NCBI GenBank assembly: GCA_004431415.1
Contig: QPMI01000184.1
Coordinates: 1-64,000, forward strand
Length of the DNA stretch: 64,000 nucleotides
Direction: 5' to 3'
DNA from: Cyanophora paradoxa CCMP329
Taxonomy: Eukaryota; Plantae; Glaucophyta
A model generated the notes under the pieces. The model had not been told where the DNA came from. It made no database searches and was given only the letters and a program-made list of their open reading frames with translations. Below, piece after piece: positions 37,653-50,716 of the stretch. Numbering within the stretch: position 1 is the stretch's first letter; each line of letters starts with the position of its first letter. The translations under genes and the position numbers were made by a program.

Positions 37653-39670
37653 TGTTGCCAGCCTGGTTTCCACTGAGTCGAGCCGCTCGTACCATGTACC
37701 CCAGTCAGTAGTCTCGCTGTACCCTCCGGGACCGCACCACGGCTCCCAATACAGCCCCACCACCCCTCGGGGCAATCTCGCGTGTAGCGCACGGGCTGGG
37801 AGCACAGCTGGGCAGCCACAGCACAGCAGAGCGGGCCCAACAACACCAATAATACCCTCGCCGCGACAGCCCCTGGCCCCGTCGACGGACGCTGCGGACG
37901 TCGATGCGCCGGTGGAGAGTCCGTGGATTCTGCATGGTGGAGAGTGCGCGCGATCGCTGGACTACGAAAAGGAGGGACGATCGGCACGGAGGCCGAATCT
38001 TCAAAAGCGGAGGGAGGAGAAGAAGATGGCGATCCCAACCGCGACCGCAGCGATGTGCTCGTCAGCAGCAGCACCGGGTGATGCCCCGCGACCGGCCCTC
38101 GCTCGCGCGCTGGACCGCGTCGGACCGTCGGGTGATTCCCGTGCCGCCTGCAGCAGCCTTGGCAGCTGGGTGATTCCAGCGTAATCCGTGCGGCCTGATC
38201 GAGAGCTGGTGCTCTTTCCACGTCGATCAGCGCAATCGCGCATCGGAGGCCGGGTGATTCCGGCATGAGCCTCGGCTTGCGTACCTCAGCGACCCAGCAC
38301 GCCGCGCTCCGCGCGCATGAGCAAGGGCGCCAAAGGCGAGCACTGTCTGTGAGTGCTGCGCGTCCCGGGAGTCCGCCCAACCAGACCGGCGCGCACATGG
38401 CCGCGATCGCCCGGACCTGCGCATACGGACTGGAGGCGGCGACCAAGCTACATCTTCACGCTGAAGATACGCTCTCTCTCGTTCTTTCCGTCGCATTAGC
38501 AGCTCGCCCCCCGAGAGTTGCTCTTAGAAGGGAACCATCTATGCGTGTCCCGCGACTCGGCTACCCATGCCAGTCGCCTTGAGAGTCTATGAGCTTTGAG
38601 AGTCTATCTTGCTTCCGACTGAGAGTCTGTCGCAACCGACTGGGAGTCCGTTCAGTCGTGACCCTTATCGCTGCCCGATGGCCCACGGATGATGTATCCG
38701 ATGCGGCGTTGCCCCTTCCAATCCCGGATGATGTATCCGATGAGTCGCATAGCCTGCTATGGCCCGTTGGAGCCCCGAAGAAAGTTGCCTCGCCGGTCCC
38801 GAGCTGCTAGCCTCCCGCCTGAGTGATGGCCCCTGCGGAAGGATGGCTCTGACCGATCCCTCTTGCTGTCTTGCTCAGATGCGGCCGCTCGCAATCGAGG
38901 CTTCAAGATGGCCCCGTGATTGCCCGAGCCGCCCCTCCCCGTCGCTGATGTGCTGTACCCCGACGTCGATGTCCCCTGGGCTCTGCCCCCTTGCATCCTT
39001 TGCCGTTCTCCATTCCTCTTTTGAGTCTTCCCATTTCCTTTCCCGTCGGGTGGTGGTTTTCTGCCTGGTCTCTTGCTGTGGGATGCAAGTGCCGGTGCCT
39101 CTCTGTATGGCCCCCAGGGTCCCATCAGTGGCTTGGCCTCTTCAGACCTCACGCCTCGCTGCTGCCCTGGATAGCGGGTTCTTTCTCATCCCTGTCCTTT
39201 CTCGTGCAGTTTCGTAGTGGCTTCATCCTTACCAGTGAGGGAGATCCCCCCCGGGTAGCTTTCACCTTACCAGTGAGGGAGATCCCTGTACCCCTCGTTC
39301 CCTTGGCGTACCCCTCGATCTTTCGGACGGCCCTTGAGAGTTGTACCCCTTCTGGCCCTTGGTTCATTGCCAGGCCTAGGCGTTTTCCGTCCCGGCCCCG
39401 ACCACGTGGGCGTAGTCGTTGCCGTTCCGATGTGGACCACGTGGACGTGGTCTTACCAGTGAGGGAGATGTTGCCAGCCTGGTTTCCACTGAGTCGAGCC
39501 GCTCGTACCATGTACCCCAGTCAGTAGTCTCGCTGTACCCTCCGGGACCGCACCACGGCTCCCAATACAGCCCCACCACCCCTCGGGGCAATCTCGCGTG
39601 TAGCGCACGGGCTGGGAGCACAGCTGGGCAGCCACAGCACAGCAGAGCGGGCCCAACAACACCAATAATA
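37653..39670 (+). mobile_element. Non-autonomous LTR retroelement (TRIM/LARD-like), 2018 bp
   Basis: Identical 202-bp direct repeats at 37653-37854 and 39469-39670 start TGTTG. ATTT is duplicated on both flanks (37649-37652, 39671-39674). A purine tract AGTGAGGGAGA abuts the 3' repeat. No gag/pol recognised inside. Confidence 0.82.
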
Positions 39671-39884
39671 ATTTCGACAAATAACTCAGTACCGTAGTAC
39701 AGAATAAACCAATAAATTGCAAGTTGATCACCGAAATAGCAGGTAGCGGGGAAAAATGGCAGCGGTCATCTGGAAAGGGATCATTGCATGGGGCAAATCG
39801 AGGGGTACAGCCTAGAAAGTTGAAAGGCCTTGAGGGGAGGTCCAAGGGCATTTGCAAGGCCGCCGGGCGAGGCCGTGCCCCCGC

Positions 39885-40950
39885 TCACAGAAGCTGGCCG
39901 TGGCCCTCGCCGGGGTACACGTACAGGAAAGCCGCGCTGGCGCCGTCCTCGGCGGGGGCGAAGTCGTCCCCTCCGACGCCGTACCCCTCGGGGCCCTCCT
40001 CGAAGGCGTACCCGGCGGCCTGCAGCTCCTCGTAGTAGGCCTGCAGCTCCGCCTCGTCCGCGGAGTAGGGCGCCGCGTCGAGCTGATACTGCCCCGTCAC
40101 GTCCCTCATTTGCATGGCCCTGAGCTCCTCCGGCGTCGTGCTGTTGTACCCCCTCTCCATCGCCCCATACATCATCTTCCCGCCCTCCTTCGCGACCTGC
40201 CCCCCGGCCTGCACTGAGACACGAGGCAGCCGGGCGTCCGCGGCGCGGGGCGCCAGTGAAGACAGTACCTGGTATGTCGCAGCGTTTCCGCTTGCGAATG
40301 CCGCAACCGTTTGGTAGTGCCCCACGGGACCGAGAATCTTTGGGAGGGGCGAAGGAATTAGGCAGAGCATGCGCGTCGCTGCGCGTGCGGCGTGCACCTT
40401 TCCGGCGCCCTTCGCGGCCGCTCCGACGAGTGCTCGGGTGCCGCCTCCCTGCAGCGCCACCTGCCCCGCGGACTCCAACGCGCCTATGGGCGCCCCGTAG
40501 GCAATGGCGGTCGCAGGGATAGCCGCCATGACAGCCTTCCCATACTGCGCGCGCATCAGCCGAGGGCATGCGCCGGCTCTAGACGCGACCGTCGGACGTC
40601 GGCGGGCGTGCACGCACGTTGCCCTGTCCGGCTTCTGCGATGGCGTCGCTGACGCCGTCGCGTGCACCCATGAGAGTGCTGATGTTTCCGGCGGTGTTTG
40701 ACTTGACGCTCAGCGCTCCAGCGCCAACCCCAACCACGGTTTTGAACGCCTTCTCCCCAGCCGTATCGCTGGGCAAATGTTTGCCGATCGAGTCGTTGGG
40801 GTTCATGGCAATACTGGAGGCGAGCTCGACCCCGCCGGCGATAGTGAGGCCCGTCCCGACCTTAGCGAGCGTCGCCCCGTGTTTGACCGCCATTGTGCCA
40901 ACCCGCGCCGTGATCCTTGGGGCAACGGCCCTGCCTACAGTGGACAGCAT
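39885..40950 (-). CDS. Orphan Gly/Ala-rich protein with acidic C-terminus, about 4 exons
   Basis: Exons MLSTVGRAVAP...AEAGQGN / YGKAVMAAIP...KGAGK / ILGPVGHYQ...ATYQ / AGGQVAKEGG...GQLL* join in frame via GT-AG introns. Confidence 0.6.
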
Positions 40951-41452
40951 GGCTGCGATCTTAGCTTTGAACGAGACGGGCTCAGTTGCGGCGGTTGGAT
41001 CTGGGAGCGGTCGCGGCGGCCGGTTACGTCAAACCTGAGCCGACGGCTGTACCCCGCCTCTGATGAAAGAGGGCTTGCCGCGGCGATTCGGATCCGGAAT
41101 TCAAAGCTATTTAAGATTAAGGATCCGCTGCTGCATGCGCGCATGAGCAGCGCTGCATAGCGGGCCAAAGTCTGCAGCTGAGGGCTCACGCTAACGAGCT
41201 CCGGGGCCCGGCGCGGGCTCGCCGTGCGGGGCACAGATCACATCGAGCGCGGTTGAACAGCATGGATGCGAATAGAATAAATCTACTAATAATAACATAA
41301 AGCGCAGGAGACGTACAATTGGTCGGGGGCGACTGGTGTCGGGACTGACACGGCGGCCCTCGACCAAGCTGGAAGGGGAAGTGGGGGACGGAGGGCGGCG
41401 GGAGGCTCGGCGAAGGGTGCATGTACACGTGGAGGCTCGGAGAAGAGTGGGC

Positions 41453-44119
41453 CTAGACGGGGTGGAAGAAGAAGCAGATGGAGATGATGAGGTAGGCGCC
41501 GATGAGCATGACCCCCTCCAGCCAGTCCGTCTGCGGGGCGGTCACTCGGGGCGGCGGCGGGGGCTCGGGGCGGGCGGGGGGCGGGCCTGGCCGTCGTTGT
41601 CGATCATGAAGACGAGGAGGGCGGAGGAGATGAGGGTCGTCGTCAGCTCGAGGCCGAAGTCCAGGCCCAGCGGCTTCCCTGCGCGCCGACCCGCCTGAGC
41701 CGGCAAGCGGCGCCGCAGCCGCAATAAAAACGATCCCCGCACCCATGATCCACGCGATGATCACGAGGGCGGGGATGACCGACATCGCGATCTGCGCGGG
41801 CGCGTGAGGAGGCGGAGGAGGAAGAGAAGGGGCGGATGGGAGGGCGGGGCGGGGCGGGGCGGGGCGGGCGGGCCTGGGTGGAGGAGCCGATGACGACGGC
41901 GAGGGCGAGGTTCATCTTGTTCTTGGCCGCCATCAGGATCGCCGTCGCGTGCTCTGCGCCGTCCTCACACCCCGCCCCGCCCCGCGCCCAGGCCGGAGCG
42001 CTCACCGGCGGCGTTGCCGACGATGGGGATCAGCTGCGCGCGTGCCGGGCGGGGCGAGTCAGGCGGGGCAGAGCGGGGCAGGGCGTGAGGGGCTCGCGCA
42101 CGATGATGCCGATGAAGGTCTGGCTCATGCCCCACTCGGCTGCGGGGGCGGGGCGGGGCGGGGCGGGTGGGCGGGGGCGCAGGGGCGGGGGCGGGGCGCG
42201 CCGCACTGGAGACGGGCTCGATGGCGCCGACCAAAAAGTTGCCGCAGAACGAGACTGGCCGAGGCGCGCCGCGTCGGACCGCGCCCGCGCTTTACCCCGG
42301 GAAGGGGGGGGGGGTACCGGTCACGGAGACGATGGCGAGGAGGGTCACCGCGGCGGAGATGGGCATCGACGGGACCTCGGGTCCCTCCTCCTCGTCGTCC
42401 TGGAGCGCGTATCCCCGTCGGGCCGCGGCCCTTGGGGCTGCGGGGAGGGTACCCGCACCTCCGCCTCGGCGTCGAACAGTTCCTTGTGGGACACGAGCTG
42501 CGGGGGCAGTTTAAAGGGGGGTACACGGCGAGAACAAGGACGGGGGTACCTGGTAGTAGAGGAATGCGAAGTAGATGAGGAGGATGACGATGGAGGAGTA
42601 GCTGGCCGGGGCGCGTCAGCGTCGGCGAAGGGTGCGGGTTGGGAGCGCGGCGGGGCGGGCGAGGGGGTACCGGGAGATCTCGAGGGACTGCTTGCGGAGG
42701 ACCTCCTCCGGGGTGTGGGCGTCCCGCCCGTGAAGGATGACCGAGGGGAGCTGCCCGCCGGCCCCACGCGCATCGGTAGCCGCCCGCAGAGCGCGGCCGG
42801 CGTTGGCGGGCACCGCACCATCACGGCGAGGATGGTGAGCATGAGGAGGGACGAGGTGGTGCCGGCCGCCTGCTTCCTGCGCGGCGGCGCACGGCGCGTC
42901 GGCGCGGCCCGCACACGCGACGCGACGCGACGAGGAAAGAGGGGAAGGGAGTGTGGCGGGGGAACAAGAAGAAGTGTCGCTAAGCGCGGCGCGGGGCCCG
43001 GGCGGGGCGAGGCCGGTCCGCTTGCGGGCGCAGGCCGCGCGCGGCGTGGAGTTCGTTGTAGCTGGTCTTCATTGACCACACAAGCCGTTTGAAGGCGAGA
43101 GTGCGGCAAGCAGATCCAGCGGGCGAAAGAAAGAGAAAAGGCAGGAAGACAGGAGGGGGCGCACGAGAAGTCCAGTGTCTTGTACTTGAAGCCGCCGACG
43201 AGGCAGGCGGTGCCGAAGACGAGGAGGAGGTTCGAGATGATTGAGCCGAGGAGGGAAGCCTTCACGACGTCGAAGAGGTCGTTCTTGAGCGCGATGATGG
43301 AGACCTGACGCGAGGCGGAGGGTGAGGAGACCACGCGGCCCTCGTCCCACAGAAAGAACGAAAGGAAAGCGCACGATGAGCTCCACAGCGTTGCCGAAGG
43401 TAGCGTTGAGCAGGCCCGCGATCTGGGGGGCAATAAGCGGCGGGCAGCGGGACAGCGGAGAATTCGAACGAGCCTGCTCATTTGTCCGCATGCCAAGTTC
43501 TTCAGTGCTCTTCCCAAGCAGGTTGGCGACTGCGCGCGCGAGGCTCAGGGACGGGGCGAGTAACGCCAGTGTGTGCGGTCCAGCGCGAATACGTGTCGAA
43601 CAGTGGCCACCCGTGGCTGATGTCATAGATTTCGAGGTTCGAAACGCACGTGGAATTATGGCGAAGAAGCTTGTCCAGAAGACCCAGATGGGGTCTAGCT
43701 CCATGAAGAAACATACGAAGGCCGCGGGAACGGATAGTAAGAGGATGTTGACTTTGTCCTGCGCGAAAGACGAGGGGACTAGTCGGCATGCGCAAGCGCG
43801 ATCGGGACCCATTCGTGCGAACCTCCACGATCGCCCCATACAGCGACGAGAAGAAGGTCGGCTCGGGCTCCGGGACTCCATGGTGGGGTTCTCCGTGACT
43901 GAGGCGGCGTGACAGCTTCAGCGCAGCCTGCTTGGTTTTCGTGAGAGTGGTGTGTAGCTTGACGGACTGGCCCTTCTTCAAGCCCGATAGCAAGCCTTGG
44001 TCCATCGCTAGCGCATCCCCCGCCTGAGGGCTGCGATCGGGGGGTACGCCGGCAGGGGCCGTTTGGCTGGCCCGCCGCGCACGGCGGCCGCTGAGATTCG
44101 ACTTCGTATGCTCGTTCAT
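41453..44119 (-). CDS. CAX: Ca2+/H+ exchanger (CAX family)
   Basis: Alpha-1 repeat GLLNATFGNAVELI and SLLGSIISNLLLVFG; alpha-2 repeat IPIVGNAA/EHATAI; AVVIGSSTQ; DWLEGVMLIGAYLII. Start tentative. Confidence 0.94.
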
Positions 44120-44399
44120 CAAGATGCGCGCAGCAGATGCCTCCCAGCAAATCTCTGCCGCAGTGCTGTGCGCAAGAGTGGCGCAGCGCGCGGCCGCGGC
44201 GCGCGTACGCGTCGCTCACGCTCAAGCTCGAGCGCGAGCACACGTCGGTGCACTTGCGCATCCATACGTGCCGCGATCCAGTGGTTCGAAGCCGTTCCTC
44301 GACTCGGCGAGTGCTCGCGGAACGTACCAGCGCTAGCGCCAGCTCGGTCGTTCCTCGACTCGCTACGTACCAGCGCTAGCGCCAGCTCTAGATCTAGAG

Positions 44400-46128
44400 C
44401 TACCGGCCTCCAGGCCCCCCCGCGGCGGCGACGGCGCTCGCGGCGGCGATGTGGCCGTCGTGGATTGCGCGCAGGGCGGGGATGAGATCCGCCTCGATGT
44501 CCCGCAAGCCCTCCCGCCTCCTCAGCACTTCCAGCGGCCGCCCCGCCCCAGCGAGCCAAACCTGCCGCCGCGCGCCAGTCAAGTCGGCCGCCTCGAGGGA
44601 GCGGGGGCGCGGGCCGGGCCCCCACCTCGTCCTTGCGCGTGTGCAGAAGGTTGGCGATCACGAGGTCCACCCCGTACCGCTGCAGCGCCTGCGGGGAGGC
44701 GATCGCGCCGGCGCGGGTGCTGGCGGGCCGTGCTCGGGCGGGCGGGCGGACCTGCCGCGACTTGAGCTCCAGCATCGCGATGTCCGTCTCGAGCTGCGCG
44801 GGGGGCGGGCTGAGCGGGGGAAAGAAGGCGGCGAGGCACGCGCACCTTGAAGGAGATGCAGAAGGCGCGCGGGGCCCACTCGTGGCGGATCGTCCCCAGC
44901 AGCTTCGGCACCTTCGCCAGCTGCGGGCGTCCGTGCACATCAGCGGCGGGGTACGGCTCTCGGAGGAGGGGTGGGCGGTGGGACCTGGAGCGTCAGGCCG
45001 CCGTCGCCGGACTGGATTTTGTGCTCGACCTGCAGGGGGTACGGTAAGGAGCGCAGCCGCCAGAATTAACGCATGTGGGGCGGCTCGCCATGTCCTTCCA
45101 GGGTACGTAAAAGTCTGAGACGGCCGCGGCGAGGTACAGCATCGCCGCCGGGCCCATTGGAGAGATCTGCGTACCCCTCAAATCCCGAATCGGCCCGGCT
45201 AACCCCCGCAGAACGCACGGCGGAGGCGACGGCGCGGAGGGCGTAGAGGTACTCGTGCACGCTCGTGTACGGGAGCGGGAGGAGGGTCCCGGCCCTCTTC
45301 ACCTGCGCAAGCCGCATGGGGGGTACGCCATGATGGTACGGGTACGTGCGGACCTCCGTGTACTCCTTCAGCACTCGTTCCACGCACGGCAGCTCCGACG
45401 GGGAGACTGCGGGCGAGGCGCGGGTCGGGATGCGAGCGGGATACGCGCAACGGTGCGGAAACGCGCGCACCCCCCACGGAGCCGTCAGCTTCGAACACAA
45501 GCGAGTCCAGGAGGGAGTGCGCCGTGTGCGCCAGGTGCCGGCTGCAGGGGGGCTCAGAGGATCGGAACGGCGGGTGCGCCACCGCGTCGAACCTGAACGG
45601 CGCAAGGGAGTGCCGGCGATGCAGAAAGATCACTGCGTAGCCAGCCCGAAGGAACTCTCTTCGAGTTCATTAGAGGAGCGGAGCTCGAGCGATCGCTAGC
45701 TAAGCGCGACGCGCACTCGGCGGATGCGGCGCCGCGCGTGCCGGCGCTGAAGTTGTCGAGGAACCGGACCGTGTTGCGCTCCAGCGGCACGGTCGTGCTG
45801 CAGACGCGCGGGCCGGGTCAGGAGCAATCGTTGCAGGAGCAGCTTAGCTAGAGAGGCCCCAGATCACTCCCGATTAACCAGAGGTGCCGTTGAAGTTATC
45901 TGAGCGCTCCCAAGCGCCCACAAAGCGAGCGCTCGCGCTCGGGAGCGCTCGCATGCATATGGACGCGCACCCGCCCGAGGTTACGCAGACGACGCGGCGA
46001 CCGGCCTTGCTATGCAGAGCGACGAAGGCATCAAGAGAGGCCCGGACCGCCTCGAGGTCGTCCGGCGGTGGCGTGTCGCGGAAAAAGGCGTCGACGTCGG
46101 TGTCGGAAGCGGTGCCGTCTGTCGGCAT
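44400..46128 (-). CDS. PPCS: Phosphopantothenate--cysteine ligase (CoA synthesis)
   Basis: [65 protein letters not shown] and VIANLL. Confidence 0.95.
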
Positions 46129-46270
46129 CGGCGACAAAATTGCTATCAAAGAGACGTAAGAGGCGATCAGATCAAGAGCAGCGTCGCTGCCGCTGCTGCT
46201 GTGTCTCGATGATGGTTGGGTAGAGCTAACTTCGTTCGCAGCAAATCGCCGCGAGCGCAGGGGGCACAGA

Positions 46271-48166
46271 ATGAGCCTCTACTCGTTCCTGCCTCCGCCG
46301 GGGTCGGCTCTGTACGGAGATCTTCCCCCTCCCGAGACTGTGCAGGACCCGAACGCGCCCTTGCCATCCTTGCCGACCACTGGCCAGCCTTCCAGCTCGC
46401 CGACGCCATCTGCATCGGATGCATCGCCCGCGCCATCCGCGGCATCGCAGCCGCAGTCGAACGCGGCGCAGCAATCCGCCCCGAACAGTGCTCTCCAGAC
46501 TCGCCCCCGGTAGCGAGGCGCCTGCTGACCCAGAGCGTTCCAGGCTGGGCAGCGCGCACGAGACTGATGCCGACAAACATCTTGAAGAGACCCGCGCCGC
46601 CGCCCGCGAAGCCGCAGAAGACGGCGGCCCAGATCCTGGCCGCAAAGCCAACGACTGTCATCGTGGAGACGAAGTTTGTGGGTGGATCGACGAGCGATGT
46701 GCGCCTCGTCGTCCTCCTCTGCGCGCTCGTCGCCGCCCTGCGAGCCCTGCGGCGCAGGAGGAGAATCCGGACGAGGCCATTCGGGACGAGTACGATCCCG
46801 CGAAGCCGAACGACTATATGAAGGCGCGTTCCGTCGCCTCCCTTAGCGCGCGCACGCGGCCGACGCGGCGGCGCGCAGTGGAAGGCGGAGCAGGCGCGGC
46901 TGAGGCGGCAGGCGGAGCTCCAGGCGGAGCGGGAGCGGGAGTACAGGGAACGCATGGAGCACGAGGCGGCGAATCCGGCGCCGCGCATCGACACGCTGAC
47001 CGCCGCTTCGGGAGAAGAGGCCTTCCTGCGACGGGCGGCCCTCAGCGGGCGGGCGCCGCCCCCGGCGCCCCCGCCCGTGCCCCGCTCCCCCGAGCGCTCT
47101 GCCCCGGGCCCCTCCGACGAGCGCCCCGACTTTCCATTCCGCCGTGGCGGCTTCTCCTCCTCCCCGTCGCCCCCCGCCCCCGGTCCCGGCCCGACCTCGG
47201 GCGCCCCCTCCACCTCCCCGCCCCCGGCCCCCGGCACCGGCCCCAAGGGGCTCGCCTTCGCCGCAAAGCTCATGCAGAAGATGGGGTGGCAGGCCGGCTC
47301 CGGTGCGCCTCCCCGCGAACTCTTACCCGCGCGGCCGTCGCCGCCGCCGCCACTCAAGGTCGCGCGGCAGGCCTTGGCAAGTCGAACCAGGGCATCACTA
47401 CCGCTCTCGACACGAGGAAGACGTCCAACCGGCAGGCGCGCCCCACAGGGGGCCGCCTCCGCGCCACCCCCGCCCCTGACGGCGGCGGCAGGGCGTGATC
47501 GTGAACGCGGGTGCGCCGGGGAGCATGGCGGGCGGCCTGGGCGGGGGCCGCAGCCGGCCCCTGGGCGCCGTCCAGCCCACGAAGATCCTCCTCCTGCAGG
47601 TGGGCCCCCTGCACCGCGCAATCGCCCCCCGCCCCCAACCGGCCCCGCAGAATATGGTCGCCCCCGGCGAGGTCGACCCCGACCTCCAGGCGTGCCTGTA
47701 CCCCCGGCAAGCGCCGTTCTTCTCCTCACCCCACGGCCCCTGCAGGCGGAGACTGCCGAGGAGTGCCAGAAGTACGGGCGGGTGGACACGTGCAAAGTCT
47801 TCGAGGTGGCCCCACCCCCCGTGACCGAGCCCGGTACCCCGCCCACGCGACCGGCGCAGGTCACGGACGGCAGCGTACCCCCCGAGGAGGCGGTCCGGAT
47901 CTTCGTCAAGTTCTTCGCGCCCGAGTCGGCGACGAAAGGTGCCAGGCGGGCGCCCCGCGCTCCACCCGCGCGCCCGCTCACCCTGGGCGCAGCGCTCAAC
48001 GAGCTCAACGGGCGCTACTTCGGAGGGCGCATGGTCGCCGGCCCGCCCCGCCCCCGCCCGCGTCGTCGCTGAAGCCGCGTACCCCGACCCACAGGTCCGC
48101 GCGAGCTACTTTGATGAGGAGCGGTTCGCGAGGAACGAGCTGGAGCCGATTCTGGACGACTACTGA
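46271..48166 (+). CDS. SPF45: Splicing factor 45 / DRT111 (SF45 motif, G-patch, UHM)
   Basis: LYGDLPPP, DEYDPAKPNDY, G-patch AAKLMQKMGWQAGSGLGKSNQGI, and UHM LLQNMV..GEVD..ETAEECQKYG..VRIFVKF..LNGRYFGGR. Confidence 0.95.
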
Positions 48167-48450
48167 GCCGCTTGCTCTGCATCGGTAGTCCTGAGGTTGG
48201 AGACGTTCGAATAGAAACAGCACACACTGCAGGGATCTTAGCCTAAGGTCTGGTGGGCGGAGGTGGAAGGGTGGGTGCACTGCGGCACTGCAGGTCGGAT
48301 GGTATCTGATACTCTTTAAAGCGGGCTGCGCATACCTGCTACTATAGATAGGAATACACTAGGTCTGGAGCTAGGGCCTTCATTGAACGCGCGCGAAGCG
48401 ATTGCGAGTGCCGCAACAGTCGGAGCGCCGCCACGCCGTACTCGTTATAA

Positions 48451-49258
48451 TTAGTTCACGGAAAGGAGCTGCGGAGGATGATAAGGGAACGATTCAATGA
48501 TTAGGCATTATCGAGCCACAGGGGCGGGGCGGGTGCAGGGTCACCTCAACCTCGAACACAAGCGTTGAATTAGAGGGGATGATCGGAGGGAAGCCGCGGG
48601 CGCCGTAGGCGCAGTCGGGCGTGCAGATGAGCCTCGCGCGCTGGCCGACGCTCATCTGCGTGAGGCAAGTCTCAGAAGAGCCGCGGAGGGCGCGGGCGGG
48701 GAGCTGGAGCGCAAGCCACCTGGGCAACGCCCTCGTCCCAGCCGCGGATGACCTGCCCCATGCCGACTGCGCGAAGAGGCGAGAGGGAGAAACGGCTCAG
48801 CAACGATGTGCGTCGACTGGCGGGCACAGGTCAGAAGCGCACTCGTGAAGACGAAGGGCATGCCGCTTGCGCCATCAATTTCCGCGTCAGAGGCCGCGGC
48901 GCGAGGCGCCGGCGCGCGCCGGCTCGCGCGCACCGGTCTAGAGAGCTGTCGAACTTCTTGCCGTCTGTAAGCTGCGCGGGACGGCCGGAAGGCCGCGGGG
49001 CGCCAGCCGCGGTAAGTACGATCGCGGGAGCTGTTGGCATGCGGTGCCCCGCCGCGAGGCGCGCACCGTTCCCGTGTAGTGCACCGTGACCTTCTGACCT
49101 GCGCATTCAACGCAGTCGATCAGCGGCCTCCGGTTGCCATAGCGAGCGCCTCGAACGGGCCAGGGCCGTCTTCAAATCGAGGCGCGCACGCGCTGCCCAC
49201 CTCGCTGAGGGAACGTCTTGCCGTCGCCGTGCTTCAGAGTCTCCACTGTGACCGGCAT
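48451..49258 (-). CDS. FKBP12: FKBP12-type peptidyl-prolyl isomerase, copy a (intact, 7 exons)
   Basis: Splices to [108 protein letters not shown]. Confidence 0.95.
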
Positions 49259-49801
49259 CGCGCCGCGTGCTTGCTGGACCGCGTGCCTGGGGCTTGGTGT
49301 CACGGCGGACGCGGGCACGTCGCGCGGGAGCGGGCCAGCATACGCACCGTGCGTTGTCTGCTGGTCGGTGGGATCGAGCGAGAACCGGGCGCGCGCTGCC
49401 GGCCGCGAAGAGGCGGTCGGGTGCGGAATCCGGGGTACGCGCGCGGTCGGCCTGGCCTGCCGGCTCTGGACCGGACGGTGCACGCGCGGGCTTGAGAGGC
49501 GGCCTTCAGGCTGCAATTTTGCAACACCAGCTGGGGAGAGTGCGCCGCGTTCGCGTCTGCAGTTGCGCAGGGGCGATGGCCAGTTGTGCGCGGCTCCATA
49601 TGTGTGCTTTTGATGCGTAAAAAAGAAAAGCGAAGGGTTTGAAACGAAGGGCTTGCACTAATAAATCAGCCCGAAAGCACACGCTACAGCAGGCACTTCG
49701 CAACTAGGAGCATACAAGCCGGCCGCTTACTTACAGAGCAAGAGACGGCCGCGTCTATCACGCCTAGCACGGAGTCCGCGAGCGGAGCGCGGAGGACGAG
49801 C

Positions 49802-50659
49802 TTACTGGATCTTCAGGAGCTGCGAGGAACTGTCAGAAAGGGAAAGGATCACAGCTTTGATCGGAACTAGTCGTCGGACCTCGACATCGAAGATGAGGGT
49901 CGAGTTCGGGGGAATGACAGGCGGGAAGCCCTTAGCGCCGTACGCGTAGTCCGGCGTGCAGGTCAGCTTCGCGCGCTGGCCGACGCTCATCTACGTGAAA
50001 AGCGGCAAGTTTCAGAACAGCCGCGGAGGGCACGGGCCGGGAGCTCGAGTGCGGGACGCACCTGGGCAACGCCCTCATCCCAGCCCTTGATGACCTCGCC
50101 CTTCCCGACTGCAAGACAAGAAGTTAGCATCTTTGATACAAGTTCCGTGAACAGAGCTCACTCGTGAACACGAAGGGCTGGCCGCTGCGCAAGCGGGAGG
50201 GAGTGTCACGAACAAGGTGGGGACTATCGCCGCTCGACGCGAGGAATGTAGAGGATGCATTCAATATCTATACGAATCCCACATCCTAGCGAAATGGCCG
50301 CCCGGTCTTCAATTCGCCCCAACGAAAACTTTGCAAGCTCGGCGGAGAAATGACCATTCCGCACCGGTCGCGGGAGCTGTCGAACTTGTTGCCGTTGGTC
50401 AGCTGCGACGAGGGTGCGTGAGACGCAATGAAACACGCCGGCAGTCCCGCAGAGGTAATGCAGGACGCCGGCTTCGCATAGATGCAGGTGCCGCGAGGGC
50501 GGACCGTGCCAGTGTAATGAACGTGCACGCGCTGGCCAGAGCGCGGGAAGGTCGCGCCGTCGCCCGGAGTAACAGTTTCAACAGTAACGCCCTGCGCAGC
50601 TGTCAACAAAAGAAGCATATCGCGGCGGCTATCGCGATAGGCGGCGGCATGCCGACCAT
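49802..50659 (-). CDS. FKBP12: FKBP12-type peptidyl-prolyl isomerase, copy b (intact; first coding exon is ATG only)
   Basis: [50 protein letters not shown]/..[55 protein letters not shown]. Confidence 0.96.
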
Positions 50660-50716
50660 GTTGCTTGCCGATCAGGGGGTAGAGCGAGATTGACAGCAGT
50701 CGTGTACCCGGCGACG

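Noticed and set aside
37873-37887. TGGCCCCGTCGACGG as a tRNA primer-binding site of the LTR element
   Set aside because: It lies about 18 nt from the LTR end and only loosely resembles a tRNA-Asp complement; this cannot be supported without the tRNA set.
39228-39469. Three 18-bp direct repeats as a CRISPR-like array
   Set aside because: Irregular spacing (38 and 186 bp), eukaryotic context and no cas genes; better explained as PPT-region duplications.
37479-39697. Identical peptides in ORFs 37479-37805 and 39376-39621, suggesting duplicated genes
   Set aside because: They are translations of the two identical LTRs.
41060-41110. CTGATGA as a hammerhead ribozyme core
   Set aside because: No stem II followed by GAAA and no matching stems I and III could be found.
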